From the NCBI GenBank assembly GCA_964016885.1, contig OZ024740.1, forward strand, positions 216,256,001 through 216,320,000: DNA of 64,000 nt, in the 5' to 3' direction. The position numbers were made by a program, and so were the translations under genes. The stretch's first letter is position 1. Every line of letters begins with the position of its first letter. The DNA is from Eledone cirrhosa. Its lineage: Eukaryota. Below, piece after piece: positions 1 through 13,866 of the stretch. The notes under the pieces were generated by a model, which was not told where the DNA came from, did not search any database, and saw only the letters and a list, made by a program, of their open reading frames with translations.

Positions 1-340
1 ATTTCAAACATCAGCATAATAATGAAAAAGTTAAACAATATTACTAAATTCCTTCAAATTCTTCATTATTTTCAAAATAAGTTGAAATACAAGGTATTTC
101 AATAAAAATATTACAATAAAAGGTGTTAGTTAGGTAATGCAGTAAACCTTTATAGTAATGACTGGTGTAGAATGATCTTTATAAACTGCTACAAACATTG
201 AAACAGTCACACCAGACGAAACTAGTTAAAGAGTGTCTTAAAATTAGTACAGGATATATGTGCTACATAAGGATTGAATCGCCAGAGATTGCAATCCTGT
301 AAACAGAAAAGCCTGACAAGTGTAAATTTGAGAAAGTTTA

Positions 341-562
341 TTAATCCTTTAGCATTTACATTACACTATATTTATTATTATATTTACATGGTTAAGGCTT
401 TACCTCACATAATTATGTCACATAATATCGATCTATGAGATTTGAGTATTATTTATTTTGAGACCTTAATATCAATATGAGCAGCCAGTTACAAGTGGTT
501 TGAACAGAAAGAGGTGAGAGAATTCTGGCCAGATATAGCCGGTTTAAATGCTAAAGGGTCAA
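341..562. mobile_element. piggyBac-like MITE
   Basis: Ends ttaa-tcctttagcattta and taaatgctaaaggg-tcaa are imperfect TIRs with TTAA-like flanks. Confidence 0.55.
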
Positions 563-870
563 GTAAAATAAAAGGGAGCACCACACGGGAGCTATTCAAT
601 ACATACCAAATACCATTCTATTATACATCCACACAAAGTTGAACCAGCTATCTTTTGTCATCAGACATGTACCTTGTAGCATTAATATAACAGCTTGTTA
701 TGCTAACATTCTCTTGAAAACATCACAGCATTGTAGTGCACCTGAGCACTGTACACAATAATTTTCATTATTATTATTACAATATGACCAGATTTCGTGA
801 GGTAATGATTTTTTTTAATTTTGTTGTTGCACCTGCAGAGAGAGGCCAGTTATAATATGGCTCCTCCATG

Positions 871-1863
871 TATTTCTGTTGAAATAAGTTGGGTGTGTTG
901 TATGTTATGATGTAATTGGTAGAGAGTATATTTCTGTTGAAATAAGTTGGGTGTGTTGTATGTTATGATGTAATTGGTAGAGAGTATATTTCTGTTGAAA
1001 TAAGTTGGGTGTGTTGTATGTTATGATGTAATTGGTAGAGAGTATATTTCTGTTGAAATAAGTTGGGTGTGTTGTATGTTATGATGTAATTGGTAGAGAG
1101 TATATTTCTGTATAAATAAGTTGGATGTGTTGTATGTTATGATGTAATTGGTAGAGAGTATATTTCTGTTGAAATAAGTTGGGTGTGTTGTATGTTATAA
1201 TTGGTAGAGAGTATATTTCTGTTTAAATAAGTTGGGTGTGTTGTATGTTATAATGTAATTGGTAGAGAGTATATTTCTGTTGAAATAAGTTGGATGTGTT
1301 GTATGTTATGATGTAATTGGTAGAGAGTATATTTCTGTTGAAATAAGTTGGGTGTGTTGTATGTTATAATGTAATTGTTAGAGAGTATATTTCTGTTGAA
1401 ATAAGTTGGGTGTGTTGTATGTTATAATGTAATTGGTAGAGAGTATATTTCTGTTGAAATAAGTTGGGTGTGTTGTATGTTATAATGTAATTGGTAGAGA
1501 GTATATTTCTGTTGAAATAAGTTGGGTGTGTTGTATGTTATAATGTAATTGTTAGAGAGTATATTTCTGTTGAAATAAGTTGGGTGTGTTGTATGTTATA
1601 ATGTAATTGGTAGAGAGTATATTTCTGTTGAAATAAGTTGGGTGTGTTGTATGTTATAATGTAATTGGTAGAGAGTATATTTCTGTTGAAATAAGTTGGG
1701 TGTGTTGTATGTTATGATGTAATTGGTAGAGAGTATATTTCTGTATAAATAAGTTGGATGTGTTGTATGTTATGATGTAATTGGTAGAGAGTATATTTCT
1801 GTTGAAATAAGTTGGGTGTGTTGTATGTTATAATTGGTAGAGAGTATATTTCTGTTTAAATAA
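871..1863. repeat. 58-bp minisatellite, about 17 copies
   Basis: Unit tatttctgttgaaataagttgggtgtgttgtatgttatgatgtaattggtagagagta repeated head to tail. Confidence 0.95.
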
Positions 1864-1915
1864 AGGCATGCTAGAGTTTCTGGTGTAAAAGAAAATGAGG
1901 CACCATGTTGTAGAA

Positions 1916-2275
1916 TGGAGATGTGTGGCCTAGTGGTAAGGGTGTTGGACTTACATTCATGTTATGGGATCAATTACTGGACTGGGTTGTGTGTGGTGTT
2001 CTGAGGAGGTGCATGCCCTAGTGGTAAAGGTGTTAGATTTACGATTATGTCATGGGTTCAATTCCTGGAGTGTGTTGTGTTCTTAAGCAAAACACTTCAT
2101 TTCATATTGCTCCAGTATACTCAGCTGAAAATGAGTACCAGCAATAGCTGCGAGTTTAACCCTGTGATAGACTGGCATCCTATCCAGGAGGGAGTCATAT
2201 ACTCTCAGTAGCTTAACACCATGGAAACCAGGATAAGCACTGGCCTGATGAGCCTTCGGGCTTGAGACAAACTTT
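1916..2275 (+). mobile_element. tRNA-derived CORE-type SINE with duplicated head
   Basis: Two A-box-like starts (tggcctagtggt, tgccctagtggt), B box ggttcaattcc, then CORE-like ttcttaagcaaaacacttcatttcatattgctccag shared with the 38474 SINE. Confidence 0.7.
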
Positions 2276-2504
2276 AAACAATGTAGCAGCCAGTTAACAC
2301 ACACCAAGTACCATTCCATTGTACACCCACACATAATTGAATCAACAATTTCATTTATTGTTGCAGGTTATTAGATCATTTCTTACCCATTTGCTTCTAA
2401 AGAATGCAGTAATGGTACTTATTATTAATAATGGCTTAATAAAAACAGATTTGGGGTTTGAAGAGTTATTAGTATGAAGAAAGATATATATCAAAACACT
2501 CCCT

Positions 2505-2691
2505 TTAACTTTTTTGCTACCAAATCACATGTAACTACCCTTTGTTCTATGATGATACAAACATGTTTATTTTAAAGAGTTTATATTTATGATAATTTGA
2601 ACTAAATTCCTTCAAATTCTTCATTAATTTCAGAACTATTAAAAAACCATAAACAGCATCTTTCATTAAAATATGGCAATGAAAGGGTTAA
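2505..2691. mobile_element. degenerate piggyBac-like MITE family member
   Basis: Ends in atatggcaatgaaagggttaa. Internal aattccttcaaattcttcatt is shared with 1-130, 3662-3921 and (minus) about 57900-58130. Confidence 0.5.
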
Positions 2692-2733
2692 GAATATTTT
2701 TTTTACATTTAGGATTTTTATACTAAATTGTGT

Positions 2734-2884
2734 CTCATCTTTTCTGTTATTTCACTGTCCCCATGAAATGCCTCATCTTTTCTGTTGTTTCACTGTCCCC
2801 ATGAAATGCCTCATCTTTTCTGTTATTTCAATGTCCCAATGAAATATCTCATCTTTTCTGTTATTTCAATGTCCCCATGAAATG
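2734..2884. repeat. 38-bp tandem repeat, about 4 copies
   Basis: Unit ctcatcttttctgttatttcactgtccccatgaaatgc. Confidence 0.9.
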
Positions 2885-3042
2885 GTTGGCTGTAGATGGA
2901 AGTTAGTCACTGAAGAACTTCAAATTTATATTTACCTACAATATTTTCTTGTTGATATCAAAGTCAAAAGTTAAATTTAGAATCAATCAATCTTCAAGAG
3001 TGTCAATAGAGGCAATCACTCTTTCGAACAATGGACATGATG

Positions 3043-3248
3043 TACAAGGGTTGGCTGAAAAGTTCATAGGTTGACGATGGAGGATTGATGCATGCTAGAG
3101 CTGTGAAATCTTACATGCATTATTTTCAACTCTTGTTATCAATATTTCCATTGTTTCTTTCCAGGGACTATGTTGAAAAATAAACCTCATTTGGTCATTC
3201 CATGAGAGTATCTTCAGTCAGCCTATGAACTTTTCAATCGACCCACGG
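3043..3248. mobile_element. Tc1/mariner-type MITE, copy 1
   Basis: TIRs tacaagggttggctgaaaagttcatagg and cctatgaacttttcaatcgacccacg; homologous to 8126-8323. Confidence 0.75.
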
Positions 3249-3661
3249 ACTTCAATTGGTTTCACAATTGTTAAGAAAATTATCCATGTTGTATGTATCT
3301 GGTTTAGAAAAGGTAGACTGTATCCCTGTGTTGTAAGAAGTGACTAAAGGGGTTGGTACCAGGAAGGGCATACAGCCACAAAACATTACCTCAACAAGGA
3401 CAATATTATGAGCATGAAGGCAGTCATGGGGCCCACAAGCCCTTTAGCAGGAAAGTGGCCTTAAAACGTTTGTCACTGCTGATATATTACAAGAGAATAC
3501 CATCTATATTCCAGGACAGTGAAAATAAGAATTAACCAAATTTTATGTAAAATTCAAAATTGATTGGTTTATTTCCTTAATACAAAAGGATTAAGAACTG
3601 AATTATAATAACCATTCCTGCTTTTAAAAGTGAATGTAAAACAGTGATGATGAATCACCTT

Positions 3662-3921
3662 TTAAATTTTTGGTACCAAACTATCTGAAACTACTTCTGG
3701 TTCTATGATACAAAGCTCTTTATACTAAAATGATTATATCTATCTAAAAACCTTCCATCATAATTTTATGTCATAACCTTTGTTAAGTTATGCTACGAAC
3801 ACTATCTTAATAATGAAAAAGGTTTTTTACATAAATCCCTCCAATTTCTTGATTATTTTCAAAATTATTTGAAAATCATAAGCAATGTCTTTCATTAGAA
3901 ATATGGTGATGAAAGGGTTAA
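3662..3921. mobile_element. degenerate piggyBac-like MITE family member
   Basis: Same family as 2505-2691; ends atatggtgatgaaagggttaa. Confidence 0.5.
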
Positions 3922-4707
3922 AGAAAAAAAAATTAAATCATGTCGTTTTCTTTTTATTTTATTTATTTATTTTTTTTTTTTATATGAAATATGCTTTGAA
4001 AGGTGAGAGAAAAAGATAAGAACATTTGTAAAATAGCAAGTAAGCATCTCAAGAAATGGTATTTTATTGCTTCAATTATCTGTTGGTTTTCATTCTGATT
4101 CTATCTAAGAGAAAAGTGTTTAGGAAGATATATAATGGGGTAATGACAAAATCAATGACTGATCAAGTCAACTTTGATATTTCATATAATTGTTTAGTAA
4201 GAATTGTTTACTGAAAGATGTTTAATAGAACTTTTTCTAAGAAATTCATATGAGCTGACATTTAGAAAACATTTCTAGTTTTATAAATAGATGTGATTGA
4301 TGAATCAAATAAGTAGCCTTTATGTTAAAAAAACTTCTTCTCGTTGCTCATTCTCAGATAACGATCTCTTAAGTATGGGTTTGGGTGGGATGGCAATGAA
4401 CTGACAATGCAATAGTTATGCGCAGATGCAATATGTTCCAATTGTCATTAGACATGTCTAAGTGTCAAATGTATGTTTAATTGTATGGCAATAGATTTAA
4501 TGTGTGTAGAATGTGTTAGTATGAACATGTAATGGATGTATAATATGATATGCTATGGTCCTGTAACTCCTGGTGGTGTTGTAGTGGTGCTGTAGTGATA
4601 TATAGCTTTTCTTGGGCATTTTAAAACCTGGCAGAGCCCATACCTCTCCAGGTATGAACATAGCACATTTCTAATAAAGAAGGATAAAAAGTGAGTTAGA
4701 GATAGAG

Positions 4708-4870
4708 GGGAAGAATTGACCCAAGTACTAGACTGGTACTTTTTTATCGACCTTGAAAGGATGAAAGGCAAAGTTGACTTCAGCGGGATTCGAACTGAGA
4801 GAGCAGAAAGTCAGGATGAAAACTGCAAAGTATTCTATCCAGCAATCTAATAACTCTGCCAATTCACCAG
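4708..4870 (-). mobile_element. Nin/Deu-domain-type SINE
   Basis: Reverse complement of the ttgcctttcatcct...gtcgataaaa...gtaccag domain plus B box gttcgaatccc. Confidence 0.7.
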
Positions 4871-5749
4871 CTTTAATATACATATAGAGGCATACAATTA
4901 CAACAGAGCAGCAGTGATCCTTTTAAGGACATTTTCCTCTGTAAAATCAAGGGTTAGCTTTGTAAGCCCCATGACAGTCATCATATTCCTCATGGAGTCA
5001 TCCTTTTTAGCTACCTTTTACAACATGCAGGAATACATAGGGGTACCTATTTTAAACCAGATACACACAGCATACAATTACAACACAGGCACACATAAAT
5101 ACATACATGTTGGTGTATATATATATATACATATATAGCACTGATACTAGAGAGGTTATCTTGTTCTCTCCACTCTCGATAGTCTTCATTCATTGAAGGC
5201 AAATGTTATTGTGACTGAACAAATGGGGAATGAGGGCTCAGAGATTGAAAGAGAAGAGAGTATAAACATAAGTATGAAGTGGGAAACAGAATGACAAAAT
5301 GGGGAAAAGGGGGAAAGTAGTAGCTATATGCTGGTTGTTGGTATTTGGTTGAGTAGAAAACAGTATGAAAGATGTGATGGAAAAACAGTTAGAATGTGTC
5401 ATAATAGGTGAGGGTGAGTTTTATAAATGGAGGGCAATGACATGTCTAACCTATGACAACATGGAAAGTAGAGATAAAATGATGCCCCAGCATGGCCAAA
5501 GTTTCATGACTGGAGTCAATAAAAGAATAAAAGAAAAAATTGTGTGTTTATATAATGGTTTAATAGAACATCATACAAAAAGTGTATTTGTTTTGTTTTA
5601 CAAAAGATATCATTTTTTTAAACAAAACAAATTAGGTTTGTCTAAGATATTTTAAAAACTATTATTCCAACTCTACATATCATATATTGAGTACCTTATT
5701 ATTTATTATTGCTAACTTTACTTTATAAACAGACTATTTGAAATATATA

Positions 5750-5880
5750 CAAGGAAAAACAACACAGGAGAACAATACAATGATGGTGTATTAGTTTAGT
5801 GCATGATATTGTTGGAAAAGGGTCTTAACGGTTTTGGACACTTGTCCTTTATCAGAATATAGAATGAGAGAGGAAAAGAT
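5750..5880 (-). mobile_element. Penelope-like terminal fragment with decayed hammerhead (family C)
   Basis: Minus strand reads CTGATAA-aggacaagtgtcc-AAAAC-cgtta; homologous to 29980-30115. Confidence 0.45.
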
Positions 5881-6730
5881 ATTTAGGAGAGAGAAGATGA
5901 AAGACATGAGTAAAAAAAAAACCCCCCAAAACAGGTTAAAGAGTAGATAGGAGAAAGTTTGTTGTTGTTAGTTATCTTGAAAAATGTGTGTAATTAAATA
6001 TATACATATATACACACATACAAACATGGTCACATAAAAGCTTTTAAGATATATTTCTAATGATCATATTTAAAAAATAGATAAGCAGACTTTCAAAACA
6101 ATAGTGGAATATTGCAATAAGAAACAAAAAAAATTTGAAAGATTTCAAAAATACAATTGACTTATTGTATAGGTTTGTGGTAGAATCTAGCACCTTCTAC
6201 CACTAATAGAGGAAAAACAAAGACAAAAACACAAAGAAAACACATACAAACAATAAAAAACATCAAGAGAAATATGTTTAAAGAGCATAAGTATAAATAT
6301 AAAGTATATTCATTTTTCCTCTCAGGTTCCATCCCAATTCTCACTGGATTTCTATATAAAATGTCAAGAACAACAATGAAGACATACTGTCATCCAGGGA
6401 AATCAATCAAAAATATGTGTTGTTATCCCCCCACCCAACGTCCTACCTGGTCTCCTCCCTCTCTGACATACCTGAACAGGTGTGTAAACTTGTTGCTCTG
6501 CTGACAGAATGAACAAGATGCTGTTCAAAGATTCTGCTTTTTTTGATGAATCATTTAATAAGAGCAAAGAAAAATATGAATTTCTCAAGACGAAATGACA
6601 GAGGAGTGTAAAAGTTTAAACAACTGTAATAGATTAGCAATGACATAAGGAATTATCTAATGCTTGTGGAAAATATCTTCTTTTTGTTCTTAGGAATATC
6701 TAGTTATAAAGAGAATGAAGTTCATGTGTA

Positions 6731-6812
<82 letters not shown>

Positions 6813-6820
6813 AATGTATG

Positions 6821-6854
<34 letters not shown>

Positions 6855-6997
6855 AGTGTAGTCAGAATAAGAATCTAGAAAGTTCTTGGAATAAAAGATA
6901 AGAAATAAACAGATGTTGGAGGGAGGTAAATATAAAAGAAAAACTTATATTTACAAACACACACAGACACACATATTCATACATACATATATATACA

Positions 6998-7033
<36 letters not shown>

Positions 7034-8125
7034 AACATATATATTTATATATATACAGGTGTGTGTACAAACAAATAAAATGCAATTAACACAAAGTGGA
7101 TGTTAAATATATGTATTAACAGTTTCATAAATATATACGTCTACAAAACCAGCTATAACACAGGAATAAGTCAAACATTTATATGTATATATTTATTTAT
7201 TCAATTTAAAAGTCCGTATAGAGCTAGTAAGCCATGGCAGACAAGAGGAAGTATTGAGTACTCCTTACAGTTGGTAATCAAAAGGAGCTAGTGAGACAAG
7301 TAATAATAAAAAATAAAAAAATAAAAAAAGGGATAAAATGAAATTTCAAATATTGAAAAAGAAGATAGGAAACACAAGAAGCAGCAAAACATCTAGAAGT
7401 TTCTGTTGTTGAATCTTTTTGCAGCTTCCATGTACTCAAAGATTTTGTTCATAATTTGGTAGACTTTTAATCATATATTCCACTTCCAATCTTGGTAGTT
7501 TATAAAAGATTGGTTTCAACATGGCCTCTCTCTCAGACTGATAGTTTCTACATTGGAACAAATAGTGTCAAATAGTTTCTGGAGAGTCACTACAAGAACA
7601 TAGAGGTGAATCTTGATAGAATGTAGTTCAAATATATATGTGTGTGAAAATATATAACATATCATCATCATCATTTAATGTCCATTTTCCCTGCTAGATA
7701 GCGTTGGATGTGTCATCATAGACTATGTCCTTACTTAATTGGAGCAACTGACCTCTCAGATGTTTACTTAAGCCCCCACAGACTGCAGAGTGCACAGCGT
7801 GCATTATATCATGATACCATCACCAGGGAAGTTGCCGTGATTGACACAACAGATGAGTTAGTTTTACTATAGGCTGACACTCTTATTGATGCTAATCTAT
7901 ACCTTATTTTTAAGTATGGTCTATACTGGCATTCATTGCAATGGTAGGCCGTGGGACATACGAGGAACATAAACAAATGTCACCATAGTCCGTTTTAACA
8001 GGTCTCTGTAAATATGAGGCCCGTGATGCCTGGCATACACACAGATCTATGGGGTACATATACAACATCACTGCTGGATTTATAAGCCCTGTCGATACAA
8101 TATTTGCAACATATCACATACACAG

Positions 8126-8323
8126 ATGAGAGTGGGCTGAAAAGTTCATAGGCTGACTATAAAGGAGTGATGCTAGAGCTGTGAAATCTTACATGCATTA
8201 ATTTCAACTCTTCTTATTAATAACATTGTTTCCTCCCAGAGACTATGTTGAAAAATAAACCTCATTTGGTCATTCCATTACAGTATCTTGGTCAACCTAT
8301 GAACTTTTCAGCTAACTCTTGTA
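8126..8323. mobile_element. Tc1/mariner-type MITE, copy 2
   Basis: ggctgaaaagttcataggctgac ... gtcaacctatgaacttttcagctaactcttgta; interior matches 3043-3248. Confidence 0.75.
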
Positions 8324-8488
8324 TATATATACATAATAGGGCAGGTTTTACAGTCTCCACTCTCCAAATTCACTCACAAGACACTGAACAGTCCATAGCC
8401 TGGCTATAGTTGAAGACACTTGCACAAGATGCCTCACAGTGAAACAGAAGCCAAGACGATGTGGTTGTAAAGCAAACTTAACCACACA

Positions 8489-8529
<41 letters not shown>

Positions 8530-8594
8530 TGTTTCATTCAAAAGAAATCACCAGGAAACAGTTTTAATCATGTAGAAGCCATTTCTATATTAAT

Positions 8595-8659
<65 letters not shown>

Positions 8660-9227
8660 GTGTGTGTGTGAAAAAAGAAAAATGAATTTACTAAAAATTT
8701 CTGAAAGGGAATATTTTCAGCAATGGAAGTTAGAAAATTTTATAGCAGCTTAGATTTCTGGCTTGTGTAAAATTACATATTTATTGCCAACAGAAACAAC
8801 ATAGAGATATAAATGAGTCGGTAGAATACGAGTGACCTGAGCTTTTAGTTTAGTTACATCAGAGAATAGTCTTAAGATAGATGTGATATATCTAGAGTGA
8901 GAAAAACATTTAGAAAGCCAAAAGAAATGCAATCTGATGAGCTAATTGCTATAGCTAGTATTCCTCATCAAGTTTTAAGTAAGTTAAAATAAAACAGCAT
9001 GATGGTTTTATGAATGAACTGAGTCAACGTAAGGAAGAAAGGACCCTTTTATCTTGTCAAGAACCTGACAACATCACTAGAGTTGTCACCATGATAAAAT
9101 ACACCTGGCACACACTGTGAAGTAATGGTGTTGGTGCCACAGTAAAATGCACACAATACGGTCTGTAAAGTGGTAGTGCTGGTGCCATAATAAAATACAT
9201 GCAGTGCATCCTGTAATGTAGTTGGTA

Positions 9228-9330
9228 TTAATTGTTTCTACTTTAGGCACAAGGCCAGCAATTACCCAGTGCATTACTGGTACTTTATTTTATCGACCCC
9301 GTAAGGATGAAAGGCAAAGTCAACCTCGGT
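9228..9330 (-). mobile_element. Nin/Deu-type SINE 3' fragment
   Basis: Matches the 3' half of 38061-38250 in reverse. Confidence 0.75.
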
Positions 9331-9459
9331 ATTAATAAAGGTATCCACCATGCATCTGTAGAAACCATGACAAAACATTGACATGGTTATTTGACCATAT
9401 CTTGTCTCATACCGTGAAAACTTGTCAAACCCATGCTAGCACGGCAAACATGTAAAATG

Positions 9460-9707
9460 TATCCCTGGAGGCAGAGTCCACAAACATTCTTTCTAGTGAG
9501 TCTTGTCAGAAGCAACCATCTCTAATTGATCCAGCTGGATCCCCAAGCGAAACCAGCCGTGCTCATGAGGGATATTATCCAACCATCTTGCTCAGGGTCT
9601 ACTGAGAAGTAGAGATCACAGATGGTTGCTTCTGACAGGACCCACCGGAAGGAGTGTTTGAGAACTCTGTCCCCATGACCCTCTCATGAATAAGTGGGCG
9701 AAGAAGT
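9460..9707. mobile_element. two inverted 3' fragments of a Rex3/Expander-like RTE LINE
   Basis: 9460-9600 (minus) and 9620-9707 (plus) both match 11160-11310 (agatggttgcttctgacag; ataagtgggcgaagaag). Confidence 0.7.
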
Positions 9708-9846
9708 AATTTTTATGAAAGATGAATGAGCGTGATGAAAATAGCATAGCAAAATGAACCAATATTAACCATGCAGTTGGTGACAACAGAACTGTTAGGT
9801 TTTGCCTTTGTTGAGTCAGAGTAATCTGAGGTGGTGTTTAGAATGC

Positions 9847-9952
9847 TCTGAACCCTATGTAGTCCCCCACCACCATTTGAGAATCTGAACCCTATGTAGT
9901 CCCCCACCACAATTTAAGAATCTGAACCCTATATAGTCCCCCACTACCATTT
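9847..9952. repeat. 37-bp tandem repeat, 3 copies
   Basis: Unit tctgaaccctatgtagtcccccaccaccatttgagaa. Confidence 0.9.
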
Positions 9953-10749
9953 AGGAGATTCTTTTCTTCTATCTTACTTTGTCCTCCACTCCTTGTTCTA
10001 TTTATTACACTGGGCAACAAGTTTGAGCCGTGTTCTTCAGTAATGGCAATACGTTTTTTCTATCCAGTCAAGTTTTCACTTGGCCAACAAGGAGAGTATA
10101 CAAAATATCCATGTTTCCTATGTTTATGGGATAGCTGAGTGAAAGACAAACGTGAAAACCTGATATGTTAGGGGGAAATGGATGCCATATTTGAAACAGC
10201 ACCTCAAAATTAGCTAAAAACAACAACAAAACCTAAGTTGACCAGTGTTATTCCCCTATTCGGGAATATTTTGTTTTGTTTTAATTTTAAGTTTTTTGTT
10301 ATTGTTTCCCCCTTTTTTTACATGCAGAAACCCACATTGTACCATCCTGTGCTGTGCTTAATGTATCTTTTATGTAAACTCTTTGCAGTTAATAAAGGAG
10401 AACAAAAATTTCTTTATTGGCCACAAGGGCCTAATAAGAATAATTGTTTCTAATTTAGGCCCAAAGACAGCAATTGATTTGGGGGATGGAGATGGGGTGC
10501 TCTTTAATTGACCCCCTGAACAGGGCCGGATTTAATGGGCAGCAATTGCCCCGGTCCCTTACAGTGGAGGGAGGGGGCACCAGTGACAGCCATAGCAATT
10601 TACTTGGTTAGAATTTTTCAATTTAATACCTTTATGTATAACTTTTCAATTCCAAGCTAACTTAAATATGTAAAAAAAAATTTTTGGGTGGTGGGGGGGT
10701 GGTGGCTTGCTGTGTATTCTAATTGTTTGTGTATGAAGCCCCTCCCCCC

Positions 10750-11312
10750 AATTTCCAAGTATCTCGGGACGTGTTCACAAATGATGGAAGGCAGGAGGCG
10801 GAATTAAGTGCAAGAATTGCAGAAGATGGTGCAGTAATAATCCAGCTTCAGCATTCAGTAATCAAACGAAGGGAAGTAGGTGTAAAAGTCAATTTCGCTA
10901 TCTTCAATTCGACATTCGAGTCAAAGCTTACCTATGGCCATGAATCTTGGGTAATAACCAAAATAATATGATCGCAAATAGAAGCGGCCGAAATGGGATT
11001 CCTTGATAAAGTGTGCAACTCTGAGATCAGAGAGACACTCCAGGTAGAGCCACTACTCTGAATTGAGATATCACAGCTCCGATACTATGGATGTGTGGTT
11101 AGAATGTCTCAGGAAAGAATCGCTGGACAGATTTTACAGGCAAAACCAACTGGCAGGAGACCCAGAGCAAGATGATTGGATAACATCCATGAACTTTGAG
11201 GATCCAGCCAGATCAGTTGGAGATGGTTGCTTCTGACAGAACCAGCCTAATGGAGTGTTTGAGGATTTTACCCCCATGACCCTCTCAGGAATAAGTGGGC
11301 GAAGAAGAAGAC
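10750..11312 (+). mobile_element. decayed 5'-truncated RTE-clade LINE (Rex3/Expander-like)
   Basis: Broken translation KYLG..FTNDGRQEAELSARI..LTYGHESWV..SQIEAAEMGFL..SQLRYYGCVVRM..PTGRRPR is typical of the RTE C-terminus; ends in (gaa)n. Confidence 0.8.
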
Positions 11313-11940
11313 TCTAATATTTCTACCAATTCACAAAACTAACAATAATAATAATAGTATTATATAATTATATAATACTATTATTAGAGTTAGTTTGAAG
11401 TTTACACCCTGCCTTTTAAAATCTAGTATCGCCAAAGTAAAAAAATTGCCAGTACTACATTATAATAAATTTATTTGAATATATATTCTCATGTCTTAAA
11501 AAGAAAAAAGAAAAAAAAAAAAGATAGAGAGAAATAAAACAAAAATCACCTTGACCAAAATAAAACTAATGTAATTGGTAAAATATATTGTAAAATAATG
11601 TTTTTTTTGTTTTTTTTTCTTGAAATATAAAAAGAAAAAAATCAACAATTTATTTCGGAAAGAAAAATAAAAGTTATTTGAATAAACAATAGTAAAGAAG
11701 AGAGGTAAATAAAGGTGAGTAATATCAGCTGTGCACAAGATGGTAATGACAGTTCCAAATTATTTAATTTAATTTAAAACCGACCAGAGAAATTTCCAGT
11801 CAAGATTTTATTACTTATTTTTTCTTCTCTGTTTTGAATTTTCCATTTGCTAACGAAACAGGTGTTTGTTTTCTTGGTAGCAGTGGATGAGAGGAGGGTG
11901 AGATATTCATATCTAAACTTTGAACAGAATTCAATAAACA

Positions 11941-12330
11941 ACGAGAGAGAGAGAGTAAAAGAGAAACGTAGAGAGAGTGAGAGAGTAAAAGAAAGAGAAA
12001 CATAGAGAGTGAGAGAGAATAAAAGAAAGCGAAACGTAGAGAGTGAGAGAGTAAAAGAAAGAGAAACATAGAGAGTGAGAGAGAATAAAAGAAAGCGAAA
12101 CGTAGAGAGTGTGAGAGGAAAAGAAAGAGAAACGTAGAGAGAGAATGAGAGTAAAAGAAAGAGAAACGTAGAGAGAGTGAGAGTAAAAGAAAGAAAAATG
12201 TAGTGAGAGAGAGAGAATAAAAGAAAGAGAAACGTAGAGAGAGTAAAAGAAAGAGGTGAGAGTGAGAGAGTGAAAGTAAGAGAAAGAGCGAGCAAGTGAA
12301 GAAAAGAGAGAGAACGCGAGAGAGAAATAT
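11941..12330. repeat. GA-rich low-complexity minisatellite
   Basis: Repeats of gagagtaaaagaaagagaaacgtagaga. Confidence 0.9.
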
Positions 12331-12782
12331 TAGTGTGAGAGGGAGGATTTATTTACACTGAACATCGATAGTAAAAATTAATTCAGTTTCCCAAACAACA
12401 ACGAACACAGTAAACAAAATCTAATAAGAACTGTAAAAAATAATACATTTTTCGATAATCAATTATCGATGATTTTTCAAAAGCTAACGATGGTATTATA
12501 TATATAAGAACGGTTGACTTTGATGTCAGTAGTTAAACGTGAGAGATTTCGGTGAAAAAATGTAAACAGTTTTCACAGATAAAGCACGTGTTGTATAAAC
12601 CGTATTTTTAGGAGGAGCAAAGTTTGACCCAAAATCACTTTCATTCATTCATTCATTCATTAACATCGTGTGAGGTGCTTTATTACGAGCATATATCTTG
12701 ACTTAATTTTACAGAGCTAAAACTGGATGTATTGATAAGGTTATTATTTGTTATTGATAATATTCTACACACACACACACGA

Positions 12783-12840
<58 letters not shown>

Positions 12841-13866
12841 GACCAGTAAATCGCGTAAAGCGAGGGGGACAAGTGAAGGATAAAAGCAAACCAAAGAAAG
12901 GAAAAAAAACAAGCAACATGGTTGTCCTGGTCAGCATAAGATATATACATATATATATATGAGTGTTTAATCGGGGGGTAATCATAATAAGGTACTCAAT
13001 ACAGTAGTAAAATGTAAACAACAAATCTAATATAGAAATACATATATATGTGTGTGCGTGTGTTTATTTTCACATTGATCTTTTATTTTAAAATATAAAA
13101 TTACACACAAAGAGTGACAACACTAAAGTGACAGCGTCACAGGTTGGTGTTGTCCGCCGGTATCACTACATCCGTACATTAGTTACTTTCGTTCTTTCAA
13201 TCAACAAGTTAATACCATTTCTTGGCCTCACTACTCTTTATAGATTAAATTTCACTTACAAATCCATAACAGACGAACAGTTTGAAAACATTGGATATTA
13301 CGAAAGAAAATATAAAGTTTTCAGCAGGCTACTTTATTTAATTCTATCTACTATACCATTATCTCGTATCATGACAAACAAATGCCATGTGTGAGCAAGT
13401 TGTTTTGTTGATATTCCGAATTTATTAAGTTTTCAGGTATATACACCCCGCTAACTTTATTAAGCTTTCATGTATATACAATAAACAATAAACCCCAATT
13501 ATATGTTGATGTAGTATATAAACTGGTTGTGTTTATTTCTTTATAAACATGTGAAATTATTAAAGTATTTATTATCCATAGCTGAAGTTTGCTGAACACG
13601 AAATACTGACATGTTTATATTTAGAAAAGGGATTTTATTTTGTTTTGTAATTTTAAAACATATGACTGATTAATTCATCTTCGACCTGGGAGACAAGAAG
13701 AGAGACAAATAGTAAATCACTGACCTGTATGTGAGAGAGAGAAGAGAAACAGACAATATATTTATCACTGTTACACTTTCTATAAAGAGATAACAGTATC
13801 GACCTTAGCTGTTCAATTGTCAAAAAACTTTCGACGCGCATGTATGTGTGTGTCTGTATATATATA

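Noticed and set aside
2224-2270. Hammerhead at ctgatgagccttcgggc
   Set aside because: The hairpin after CTGATGA is followed by ttgag, not GAAA; it is part of a SINE tail.
4899-5015. Minus-strand 38-codon frame VAKKDDSMRNMM..ITAALL*
   Set aside because: The acceptor is weak and there is no recognisable homology.
7480-7630. Possible decayed Penelope GIY-YIG C-terminus on the minus strand
   Set aside because: The resemblance is only vague and no diagnostic motif survives.
8934-8960. Hammerhead at ctgatgagcta..tagc
   Set aside because: There is no GAAA after the stem and no helix III.
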